A stretch of DNA of 38,430 nt. Origin: Nemertoderma westbladi. Lineage: Eukaryota > Animalia > Xenacoelomorpha. Positions 21,873 through 31,955 of this stretch are shown in pieces. The position numbers and the translations under genes were made by a program. Under the pieces are notes generated by a model. The model did no database searches. It saw nothing but the letters and a program-made list of their open reading frames with translations, and was not told where the DNA came from. The first letter of the stretch is position 1. The number at the start of each line of letters is the position of its first letter. The stretch is taken from positions 1 through 38,430 of the forward strand of contig JAUCBJ010001350.1 in the NCBI GenBank assembly GCA_032718475.1. Direction: 5' to 3'.

Positions 21873-23018
21873 ATGGATAATGAACAAGAACAAATGATTG
21901 AACGTTTATTCTGGTTGAATTATAACCATAAAGAAATTGCACAGTTTTTACATGGACAATCATCCAGAACAGTACGGAGAAGATTGCAAGAAATGGGTCT
22001 TTCAAAGGTTTTCGACCCTTTAAATTTCAACCACGTTGTTGATTCTATCGAGAAGGAATTTGCCAACAATGGAACGAATTCTGGATATCGACAAATGCAA
22101 TCTACTTTGATGCTTAAATATAAACTGTTCGCTCCGAGAGCACTTGTTGGTGGTGTAATGAAGGCGTTAAATCCAAATGCTGTAATAATGCGCTTACATA
22201 ACAAGGTAGTCCGGAGAACTTATATATCAAAGGGCCCCAACTTTATACATCATATAGATGGGTTTGATAAACTAAAGCCCTTTGGTTTTGCGATTCACGG
22301 GGCAATCGATGGGTTTAGTAGAAAACTGTTATGGCTGCGCTGCGGAAAAAGCAATAATGACCCGTTTGTAGTTGCTCAATACTTCGTTGATGTTATCCTC
22401 GAGCTTGGTGGAGTACCAAAGACCATAAGGTCCGATAGAGGTACAGAAAACGTAAATGTAGAACTCTTACAGCGTTACTTGAACTCAATAAACAATGGGG
22501 ATACACGATCTTCTTTTCTTTACGGGAAAAGCACTCGCAACCAAAGAATCGAAGCATTCTGGAGCAAAATTCCCATTTTAGGAATATCAAGCTGGCTGAC
22601 ACACTTGCGTGAGTTGGAAGGCTCAGGTCTATTGGATACTTCGAACTATTTACAGATGGAGATAGTGCGCTTTACATACATGCCATTACTCTCGCAAACC
22701 TTGTCCGATATACAGTGCAAATGGAATTCTCATAGATTGAGGAAGTGCAGCATCGTATCCCCAGGTGGCAAGCCAGATATTTTGTTTACCTACGAGCCGA
22801 ACTATCTACAGCCGGTGCGTAACGAAGATTTGGAGTTACTCGAAGTGTTTGCATTTGATGACAAGCCATGCTTAGATAGCGTTCGAGATGTGTGTGAGGA
22901 CTACTTGAGAGAAAACAACGTTGTAAAGAAGCCTCGCGATTGTGCTTACCTCACTGAATGCAAAAGCACATTCTTGTACTTAAAAAATTCAATTGTGCGT
23001 GATATTGAATTAGTTTGA
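21873..23018 (+). CDS. DDE transposase (integrase core, IS3/IS481-like), 381 aa, apparently intact
   Basis: N-terminal HTH-like segment YNHKEIAQFL..SSRTVRRRL. Catalytic motifs GPNFIHHIDGFDKL (D), IHGAIDGFSR, IRSDRGTEN (D), S..NQRIEAFW (E). Confidence 0.92.
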   Translation: MDNEQEQMIERLFWLNYNHKEIAQFLHGQSSRTVRRRLQEMGLSKVFDPLNFNHVVDSIEKEFANNGTNSGYRQMQSTLMLKYKLFAPRALVGGVMKALNPNAVIMRLHNKVVRRTYISKGPNFIHHIDGFDKLKPFGFAIHGAIDGFSRKLLWLRCGKSNNDPFVVAQYFVDVILELGGVPKTIRSDRGTENVNVELLQRYLNSINNGDTRSSFLYGKSTRNQRIEAFWSKIPILGISSWLTHLRELEGSGLLDTSNYLQMEIVRFTYMPLLSQTLSDIQCKWNSHRLRKCSIVSPGGKPDILFTYEPNYLQPVRNEDLELLEVFAFDDKPCLDSVRDVCEDYLRENNVVKKPRDCAYLTECKSTFLYLKNSIVRDIELV

Positions 23019-23904
23019 TTTGAATTTATAATTGTGTTGAATATAAATCCGGATACAAAAGCAAGTAAATCATATGCATTTACATTCAAAACGTTAGGCC
23101 TATCCGTTTTTATAAAACTTTAAATTACGGGGGATATAAAGTCCAGGACAAGCAATGTTAATTGATAAATAATTAATTGATAAAAGTGATAAAACAATTT
23201 AAAAATAGATAATTGAATAAATAATATATAATAATAATTATTATTTATTCCATGGGAAAAAAAGTAGAACTTTTTTCATTATTCTCGAGGCATTTTATTT
23301 AACGAGCATCAGCGAGGTTAATAAAGGGTGAGAGAATATTGAAAAAAAATGTTCTACGTTTTTTCCCATGTAATACGTAATTTTATTTACGTAATTTAAT
23401 TTTAATTTTGCTGGGAGTAAATAGATTTCTGGTAAGAAATAGCTTTCCTGTAAATATAAATAAACATACTGTATTATATGCAGCACCTACTACGCAGGGA
23501 ATATTGACGCATGACCCAACGACCACACTCGCAGCCGCAGGACCTAAAGACGCAGGACCTGTACGTAGTGTAATAACGTTTTATATTAGTTTTAGGTTAG
23601 CCTAGTGTAATTGTGTATTTGTAACCAAGTAACATAAAGGACCCCATTGCCATTGGAAATATTATGTTATGTTATGTTGGACAATACCAATATTAATATC
23701 ATCATATTATGTAATAATTATTAATAATAAGTTTTCTATTTGTTTACCTTAAGTTTTATTTTCGGTACGAATGATTTGAAGTGGCTAGAATAAGTAAGTA
23801 AATAAGTAAATAAGTAAGTAAAGTAAGTATATGTTAAAAAAATATATTAATTTTGATAATAATTTAACAAACTAATTGGCAACTATCAAACTACTTAGGA
23901 AACT

Positions 23905-24012
23905 GGTAATTCCGGTAAAATTCCGGCCGGAATTGACCCCATTCCGACCGGAACCGGAATCGGGCAAAAACCGCCGGAATTCCGGCCGGAACGGAATTCC
24001 GGGACATCCCTA
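23905..24012 (-). mobile_element. One end of a hAT-like non-autonomous element
   Basis: The minus strand starts TAGGGATGTCCCGGAATTCCG with repeated (A)TTCCGG/CCGGAA subterminal motifs; no second end was found. Confidence 0.5.
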
Positions 24013-24456
24013 ATTAAAACTATTGTTTGAGTCAGAATTATTAATTTCACTTTCAAAGTAAAGTCCCAGGTGAGTACTATGATACTGAAGTATTACATCA
24101 GATTTACCCCCCCCCCCCCCCCATGGAGTTTGTGATCATTTGATTGAAAATGTATAGAGCAGGAAATAAGTTGTATTTTGATGAACTTTATACAGCGAGA
24201 GAACTTAACATGGCGGAAGATAATTAAGATATTTCCAATAACAATTTTGAACGATGAGAAATAAAATATTAACACAAATAAACACTACTAACACTATTTA
24301 GAAGACTATTATAAACAATAATGGTTTGCCTGACTAATAATTCACTGACGGCATTGCAATTCAGTTTAATTAATGACTAATTCAATTAAACGTTAAGTTC
24401 AATAATAATAATATACAATAATGAGTAGCTCGAGATATATAAATCGTATTGCAGGT

Positions 24457-26527
24457 TTAGGGAAGGCCGAATCCGACAGCGCGAAGGATATCTTCAGAAA
24501 TGCGACTGCAAAACGTTGCAGTGCTACCAACTAAATAGCGATCGTTGATAGGAAATTTGATACTGAGGGCACACGTATCAGCTGATAAACGACGGTCGGG
24601 TTGATTAGATCGGTAAAATTCAAGCTTGCCCTTGAAGTTGGAGAATCTTGGACCCTGAACCGAACTGAAGAATGTCCCCTAACCGCAATACCTTCTCTTC
24701 CACAATATCATTTTCTAGATTTAAAATGTCGCATCTCATATTTCCCTTAGAAACTTTAGTCAGAAATTGGCCAAATTTAAAAACAATTTCGTGTTGTTTT
24801 TCACGTTCCTTTGAACGGGCATCTCCTTCATAGTGTGGAACAAAACAACCTTTGACATCTTCAATTGTCACATCTTGAAAGATCAGTTCATTCAAAGCAT
24901 TAGCCGGTCGTTCTTTCATTATTGACAGCACTCCAAACGATTTCAAACCCTCCCGAAACATAGAAACTTCTTCACAAACACTACTTACAACAATGTGCTT
25001 AGAAAGAATTTCCACAACATAATCTTTATCTTTAAATTCGAATGAGGCTGATGTCAGTCCCATATCGAAGCGTTCTGGGAAGTTACGTATTGCTGTGCGG
25101 AAAGAAACTTCATCGGTCGATGTTTCAATAAGCCCCACCTTGATCTTAACATCTTGCTCCTCATTGGGGATTTCGCTTATAGAGACTTTGTGTGGTATAG
25201 ATAGTACAGCCTTTGCAACAGATTGACACAAAAAATGCGGTCCAGGGAGGCCGTTTAAAAGTGCTAATGCAGTCATCATGCCCAATTGACGAAAACGTCC
25301 CAAGGCCTCAATATTGTGCCGGAACGTGAAATATGGATAGGAACCTAGAAATAACAAACCTCCTTGATCCTTAAAAAACATTGTAAATAACTCGCGTGTC
25401 AAACCACCAGTGTCAAGTCCCTCTTCCTCAAGGAACTTAGCCATCACCCTAGGGCTAGCAATTTCAACATCGATTTCATCTAGAATGTCAAAAACGCTTT
25501 CTACAACCCTACTCCGAGGAACTTCAAAACAAGTGTAATAAGAACTTTGTCGTGTGAGCTTGGAATAAGCGTTGTCTAAAAGAACACCCAAGGAATTATC
25601 ACTAGAATCGCCAATAGTGTTATCATCATCACTGCCAATCGATATGTAATTATCGACGTTAATAACATCCACATGTTCAGAGGCCAGAGGGTCCAAATTT
25701 TCAGCAGGGATTATTGTAACCGATGGTGGCTCGATGGATGCGCTAAAAAAATCATCCACATTGAAATCTCCCGGCTCGTTATTGTTAGAATAATTTTCAA
25801 ATACGTCAATGACATTAGCTGATGTAGAAGGGGAACCAACAACAACTTGATTGCGCTCCAAGATTTCAACCATTTCACTATCATTCGTAGGTGAGTATCC
25901 GACTTGAGGGTAAATGCCTTCCATTGAACTAAGTTTTGCATGGAAACATATTTTAGGTGTTCCGACGATGCATTTGCTTTGTATATATTCCTTCAATGTC
26001 TTGAACGCTTCCGAAAGTTCGCCACTGGATGACCACAAAGAATAACTATAGCTATTTACATCAGTTGGTAATGCATAATTATCTAACGCCATACACTTGT
26101 TATCAACGAAAATCTTTGCTCTTAGTATTTCGACGACAGAAGATAATGAGTCATTTAAAGGTAGCCTTAATTTAAGGGCATTTGATTCACCAAGCGGTTT
26201 TTTCACTTGGAAATAACCCGCTCCACTGTCTACTTTAACACGAACTTCTACCACATTCCACGAGTTTTTTATCTTGCGAGTGGGATTAGGGGTTTGACTT
26301 AATTGGCGACGATCGGGCATTCTGGTGGATCCCGTAGCTCGGATAGGTGTAGTGGAAACCTTTTCGATATAATGGTTCGATCGTTCATCCAAACAACCTT
26401 CGAACTCTATTGTTTCTTTATTAATATCGAAAATCTTGTTATTAATATCATGGCGCAAATTGCTAAGTAAAGTTCTTCTTAGTTCACTAATTGGTTTGCA
26501 ACCAGAAGGCCTATTAAACTCTGCCAT
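24457..26527 (-). CDS. HECT-domain E3 ubiquitin ligase-like protein (G2E3-like HECT) with a +1 frameshift near 24645
   Basis: The 635-aa ORF has V.RS.VVES, FLEEEGLDTGGLTRELF, GMMTALALLNGLPGPHFL, FREGLKSFGVL and ILQFGSGS. The adjacent frame continues FKGKLEF...LSADTCALSIKFP...AVGFGLP* (catalytic Cys codon 24573-24571, stop ending 24457). Confidence 0.85.
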
Positions 26528-26554
26528 CTCCTCACAACGCTGAACGAACTGAAA

Positions 26555-26666
26555 GGGGTATAACTTTTCGCCATATCCTGATATCCGTATGTCAGTATGT
26601 GTACATGTAGGTGATATCCATATGTATGGAATTAATGCGGATATGGCGAAAAGTTATACCTAACCC
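26555..26666. mobile_element. 112-bp MITE (Merlin- or Mutator-like)
   Basis: Perfect 22-bp inverted repeat GGTATAACTTTTCGCCATATCC (26557-26578 / 26639-26660), GG..CC ends, 8-bp TSD AACTGAAA (26547-26554, 26667-26674). Confidence 0.85.
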
Positions 26667-26930
26667 AACTGAAAAGTACCGGTACTGTAATCGTAATCAT
26701 AAATCATGTAGGGCCTACATGTACTACTGTCTGACAGTAGGCCTAAAGCTGTAATGCAACAAACAGCAGGAATACAGGACTGACTGACTGAAGGAGTAAT
26801 CAAGTCATTGCCTACACCAACCCACTTCTGCACTTGTGTTGAAATGCAACACAGTACTGCAATACCCTGCTAGCAGTAGGCCTACATAGTACATACAATT
26901 TCAAATTTCCCTCCTGATTAAAATTGTACC

Positions 26931-27090
26931 GCGGGTGACCGGGGGTGACCGCGGGTGACCGGCGGTGACCGCGGGTGACCGCGGGTGACCGCGGGTGACC
27001 GCGGGTGACCGGCGGTGACCGCGGGTGACCGGCGGTGACCGCGGGTGACCGCGGGTGACCGCGGGTGACCGGCGGTGACCGCGGGTGACC
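26931..27090 (-). repeat. Right subterminal array, 16 x 10-bp (inverse of the left array)
   Basis: GCGGGTGACC / GGCGGTGACC units directly visible. Confidence 0.95.
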
Positions 27091-27204
27091 GACGGTAAGT
27101 AAATATTATTTTTGTCTGTGGAAAAAATTGGCCGCATTCAGCCACCGTAAATTGGTAGATTTATTTTGAAGTGGCTAAAACAGCTACTGTACTGGTACTG
27201 TACT

Positions 27205-27348
27205 GCGGGGTAGATCAGTTGGTTGAGCGCCGGGCCTGCAATCTATTGGTTGTAGGTTCAGCCCCGCCAGGGTCCACTCAGCCTTTCATCCACTGGGGTC
27301 GATAAAATGAGTACCAGTTAAATAACTGGGAGCAAATCTTGGGATAGG
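27205..27348 (+). mobile_element. tRNA-derived SINE (3'-truncated copy)
   Basis: tRNA-like head (TAGATCAGTTGGTTGAGCG A-box, GGTTCAGCCCC B-box) followed by ACTCAGCCTTTCATCC...GGTCGATAAAATGAGTACC, a conserved SINE core-type sequence. Second copy at 33900-34042. Confidence 0.8.
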
Positions 27349-27788
27349 GATAAATCTTCTTATTCTTATTCTATCTCTTATTTCTATGATCATGTTCTAC
27401 AGTAGATCTTGTTAGGTATTATTTAGCATTAAAATATATGTTCTAGAACATGTATTAATAGTTCTAGAACGAATTTTATAAAAGCTTAAAAATATCTTTT
27501 ATTAATGATGTTGCAATTAATTCCACGGAAACTATATTTTCTAGAACAGTGTAATATTTCAATGTATTTATACAGTATACTGTAGCTGCGATATATAGCT
27601 AAGGATATTATACTAGCTAATAAAGCTTCTACACAAAGAAACCCCATTTCCAATGTTCTGTCTGGACTTGCTTAGACTTGATATCCTATTATGAGGAAAA
27701 ATATTATCATATGTTTAAACTGCCATGTACTGTATGCTACCGTAATAAGTACAGTAAGTACACTACGTAACAACCTTTTCCGAATATA

Positions 27789-27818
27789 CAGGGTGTACGA
27801 ATTATGTGGAACACCCTG
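27789..27818. mobile_element. 30-bp Tc1/mariner-like remnant (TIR stubs only)
   Basis: TA-CAGGGTGT...ACACCCTG-TA. Confidence 0.55.
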
Positions 27819-28439
27819 TATAATGAACTACATTAACAATTAAATCATTTGTTTAAACCTTACTATTAATTACAATATAATTTAAGCAACAGTTCTGCCC
27901 GTCCCCCCGCATTCAGATTTTTTTACTAGCTATTTTTAAGCATTTTCTTTTACATATATTTATGTTCTAGAACATATAATATATAAAATATAAATATTCA
28001 TAATAAAAATATTATTATTATTATAAAAATATATAAAATTATAATAAAAAATATATTTATTTTTAGGTGGTATTTTATGCCTAGCTAGTGTTTTGAAAAA
28101 AATTACTTCCTATTTTTAAGCGCTATTTTATTTTTTTCAAAATATAAAAGATGCAGTACTTAATGAAATTTTTTCAAAAAATAAAATATGCAGTATCTAA
28201 TGAAACATGGCATTCTAGAATATTTTGTTACTTGCATAGAAAAAAACTGACAAAAACATTGAAGGAAATAAAAAGACAAGTGCGCAAGAAAATCAACAAG
28301 ATATACAATGAGCGATCCAAGTGTTACAAGTGTCAGAGTATGCAGATAAAGTCAGTAATAGATGGTGAGATCCAATGATAGAATACCTCTGGCATCTTCA
28401 AATGAGAAAAGAGGGAATAAATCCATTCATGGAGATAAT

Positions 28440-29604
28440 AAAAGAAATAAACAAGCAACCTACCCTGTTGATTAAAAGAAATAAACAAGCAACCTACCCT
28501 GTTGATTAAATCAAATATACAAGCAACCTACCCTGTTGATTAAAAGAAATAAACAAGCAACCTACCCTGTTAATTAAAAGAAATAAACAAGCAACCTACC
28601 CTGTTGATTAAATCAAATAAACAAGCAACCTACCCTGTTGATTAAAAGAAATATACAAGCAACCTACCCTGTTGATTAAATCAAATAAACAAGCAACCTA
28701 CCCTGTTGATTAAAAGAAATAAACAAGCAACCTACCCTGTTGATTAAATCAAATAAACAAGCAACCTACCCTGTTGATTAAAAGAAATAAACAAGCAACC
28801 TACCCTGTTGATTAAATCAAATAAACAAGCAACCTACCCTGTTGATTAAAAGAAATAAACAAGCAACCTACCCTGTTGATTAAAAGAAATAAACAAGCAA
28901 CCTACCCTGTTGATTAAATCAAATATACAAGCAACCTACCCTGTTGATTAAAAGAAATAAACAAGCAACCTACCCTGTTGATTAAATCAAATATACAAGC
29001 AACCTACCCTGTTGATTAAAAGAAATAAACAAGCAACCTACCCTGTTGATTAAATCAAATAAACAAGCAACCTACCCTGTTGATTAAAAGAAATATACAA
29101 GCAACCTACCCTGTTGATTAAATCAAATAAACAAGCAACCTACCCTGTTGATTAAATCAAATAAACAAGCAACCTACCCTGTTGATTAAATCAAATAAAC
29201 AAGCAACCTACCCTGTTGATTAAAAGAAATAAACAAGCAACCTACCCTGTTGATTAAATCAAATATACAAGCAACCTACCCTGTTGATTAAAAGAAATAA
29301 ACAAGCAACCTACCCTGTTGATTAAAAGAAATATACAAGCAACCTACCCTGTTGATTAAATCAAATAAACAAGCAACCTACCCTGTTGATTAAAAGAAAT
29401 ATACAAGCAACCTACCCTGTTGATTAAATCAAATAAACAAGCAACCTACCCTGTTGATTAAAATAAATAAACAAGCAACCTACCCTGTTGATTAAATCAA
29501 ATATACAAGCAACCTACCCTGTTGATTAAAAGAAATATACAAGCAACCTACCCTGTTGATTAAATCAAATAAACAAGCAACCTACCCTGTTGATTAAATC
29601 AAAT
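28440..29604. repeat. 34-bp minisatellite, ~34 copies
   Basis: Unit AAA(AG/TC)AAATA(A/T)ACAAGCAACCTACCCTGTTGATT repeated head to tail. Confidence 0.97.
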
Positions 29605-30375
29605 ACTGTTTAATACGTATGGAAATGTTGAATGCAATAACATTAAACTAATAAATTATAAAAAAAATAAAAATTTTATCCTTTTACAAATGTTCTAGAA
29701 CAGAACAAAATATAACTCTAGATCATAATGAATAACAAACTATTATGAAATGTAATAGAACATTTACACAAACATTAAATGGTAACAGCTAGCAAACTTG
29801 TACATTTTGGTATAAAATTAAAATGGGGGGACGGGCGAAACTCTAGCCTAATTTACGCCCCACCCCAACTTGTCAGCCACGATAAAAATTAGATGAAATT
29901 AATTCCAAAAAATTAAGAAAAAATATTTTTTATATATTTTTAATATGTTCTAGAACGAAATCCATTTGTTCAAAAACATATTTTAGTCTAGTTCTGAATA
30001 GCTAATATGTTATACTGTATTATGGGACATTTATCAATAAGCAAAACAATAAATTTCTCTATTAATTTTAATAAGAGTTCTAGAACACAAAATATTTGTT
30101 ATAGAACAATTGATAATTTTTTAAATTAGTTAACATGTTCTAGAACATATTTCCTTAAAAAGAAATAGCAAAAACTAGCTAATATAACAATTTCAATGGG
30201 GTGTGTACCTATTTACACCAGTACCCAGCTGTTACTGTACAGTGACATACTGAACAAAATAGCGTTCAATATTACATCGCTGTGAACCGAATCAAGGAAC
30301 AAAAACGCATTTAAGGGAATATCAGATAGAAAATTTAATAATAATAAATTAGGCCTTTACATAAAAATAACATAC

Positions 30376-30495
30376 TTCTTCTGGGAATCTACCGAGATCT
30401 CTTCTTAATTGTCTTTGTAGTTTCTCTTTATCTATTTCCGCCTGCATCAAACGTTCTCTAAGGTCCATAATGGTATCCCTCATAGAGGTGGCCAT
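30376..30495 (-). CDS. Probable first coding exon of the TNIP2-like gene (40 aa)
   Basis: Acceptor ttttttaattatcag| at 30502/30501, then AAAATGG start. MATSMRDTIMDLRERLMQAEIDKEKLQRQLRRDLGRFPEE is coiled-coil-like. Phase-0 donor GAA|gtatgt is compatible with the 20421 exon. Confidence 0.65.
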
Positions 30496-30714
30496 TTTCT
30501 ACTGATAATTAAAAAATCTCCAATAAATCGTCATACCATTTAGGCCTATCTATATTATATCTATCTATATCTATATATACAGTATAAGTCAATTATATTA
30601 CTAATTCAATGAAAGAAACTTTACATTGATCTACATTAATATTAATTAATCTTTATGTTTCTAAAAGACCGTTATCGGATATATTTTTTAATTAATAAAA
30701 GTTGACATATTCTA

Positions 30715-31955
30715 GAATTGATGAGTTTATTGACGCGTTGTTAACATGATTCTAAAATTGATGAGTTTATTGATGCTATTTCTGCATCTAACTCGAGCCA
30801 GTTGACTGAGTTTCCAACCCGTGATGACACTATTTTAGACCTTCTTTTGTGTAACGACCCTCTTGTAATGGTGAACTAAACTGTGAACCAAAACTTGGTA
30901 ACTGCGCTTTATTTTCTGAATCGCAGGAGTCGAGCGATCATTTAGGGTTTTCGTTTTCTATTATTAATACTAAATACACCATGTCCCGTAATAGTGTCAT
31001 TTTCTGATGACACGGACACCGCAGATCAGATTTCAGAGCTCAGATTTTTCTACAAATGTTTATCATATTGCTTGAAATTTGAAACACCACTAGTTCCACT
31101 CACCGTCGTTGACCCCATAAAGCCGGAATTTTAGATTTTGCCTTTAAATTTTTTTTATTATAAGTGTTTTAAAAAAGTGAATTTTGCGAAATCGCACCCT
31201 CCGAATCGTGGCCATTCTTCACATTAGTCGTAATTGTTTGATATCATTAAAAATCTTTCGTTAGAAGGATTCCAAATATATAACAATATCTGAGTTTCGT
31301 TGAGAAACAGCTGAGATATAGGGGTTCAAAGATTGCAAGAATTATCGTTCGCTGGAGGCCATTTATTCTATTTAATAAATACACAAAATTCTGGAATGTG
31401 TTATTTATTTTATAAGTTGGTTGGCAACAGCGGTATTCCTATCCAATAGATCTATTGCGTTTGCGTAGCTATTCATACTTAAACAACATGTTCCAGAACA
31501 TCGTGTATTTATTAAATGGAATAAATGGCCTGCAGCGAACAATAATTCTTGCAATCTTTGAACGCCTATATCTCAGCTGTTTCTCAACGAAATTCAGATA
31601 TTGTTACATTTACGGAGGGTGCGATTTCGCAAAAGACACTTTTTTAAAACGCTTAAAAAAAATTTAAAGGCAAAATCGAAAATTCCGACCTCATGGGGCC
31701 ATCGACGGTGAGTGGAACTAGTGGTGTTTCAAATTTCAAGCAATATGATAAACATTTGTAGAAAAATCTAGGGGGGGGGGGGGGGGTGGGTCCGTGTCAT
31801 CAGAAAATGACACTATATTACGGGTCATGGTGTATATTGATTGCAATAATAGGCCCGGCATGCGTTTAAATTTTGTTAAAATAGATCAAACCGGTATCAA
31901 AGCTAGTCTAAATAATATAAATTGGGATGATGAGTTTTCTAAATGTAATAACTGT
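30715..31955 (+). pseudogene. Degraded CR1/L2-like LINE endonuclease fragment, interrupted by a MITE
   Basis: QLTEFPTRDDTILDLLLCND and SDH before the insertion; LNFVKIDQTGIKASLNNINWDDEF after it. Confidence 0.7.
30977..31832. mobile_element. Foldback-type non-autonomous DNA transposon (Tc1/mariner-like, TA-flanked)
   Basis: TA|CACCATGTCCCGTAATAGTGTCATTTTCTGATGACACGGA at the left end and its inverse at the right; inverted similarity continues for over 300 bp toward the centre. Confidence 0.85.

Larger units (their letters stand above)
21495..27149. mobile_element. DNA transposon, IS3EU-like, with two convergent ORFs
   Basis: TIR TACGGTGGCTGAATGCGGCCAATTTTTTCC...AATAATATTTACTTACCG at both ends. 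6-bp TSD AATTGG at 21489-21494 and 27150-27155. Encodes an IS3/IS481-type DDE integrase-core transposase. Confidence 0.9.

Noticed and set aside
19317-27149. Functional link between the ubiquitin-binding host gene and the HECT transposon in its intron
   Set aside because: The TSD shows an ordinary insertion; nothing in the sequence supports more than coincidence.
27205-27275. tRNA gene
   Set aside because: A/B boxes are present, but it continues into a SINE core and has a second dispersed copy; I could not build a convincing cloverleaf.
28240-28364. Possible plus-strand exon (KKLTKTLKEIKRQVRKK...) with AG/GT borders
   Set aside because: No partner exons or recognisable domain; A-rich sequence yields such frames by chance.
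28440-29604. CRISPR-like array (repeat length 34 bp)
   Set aside because: The units are contiguous with no unique spacers, there are no cas genes and the context is eukaryotic; it is a minisatellite.
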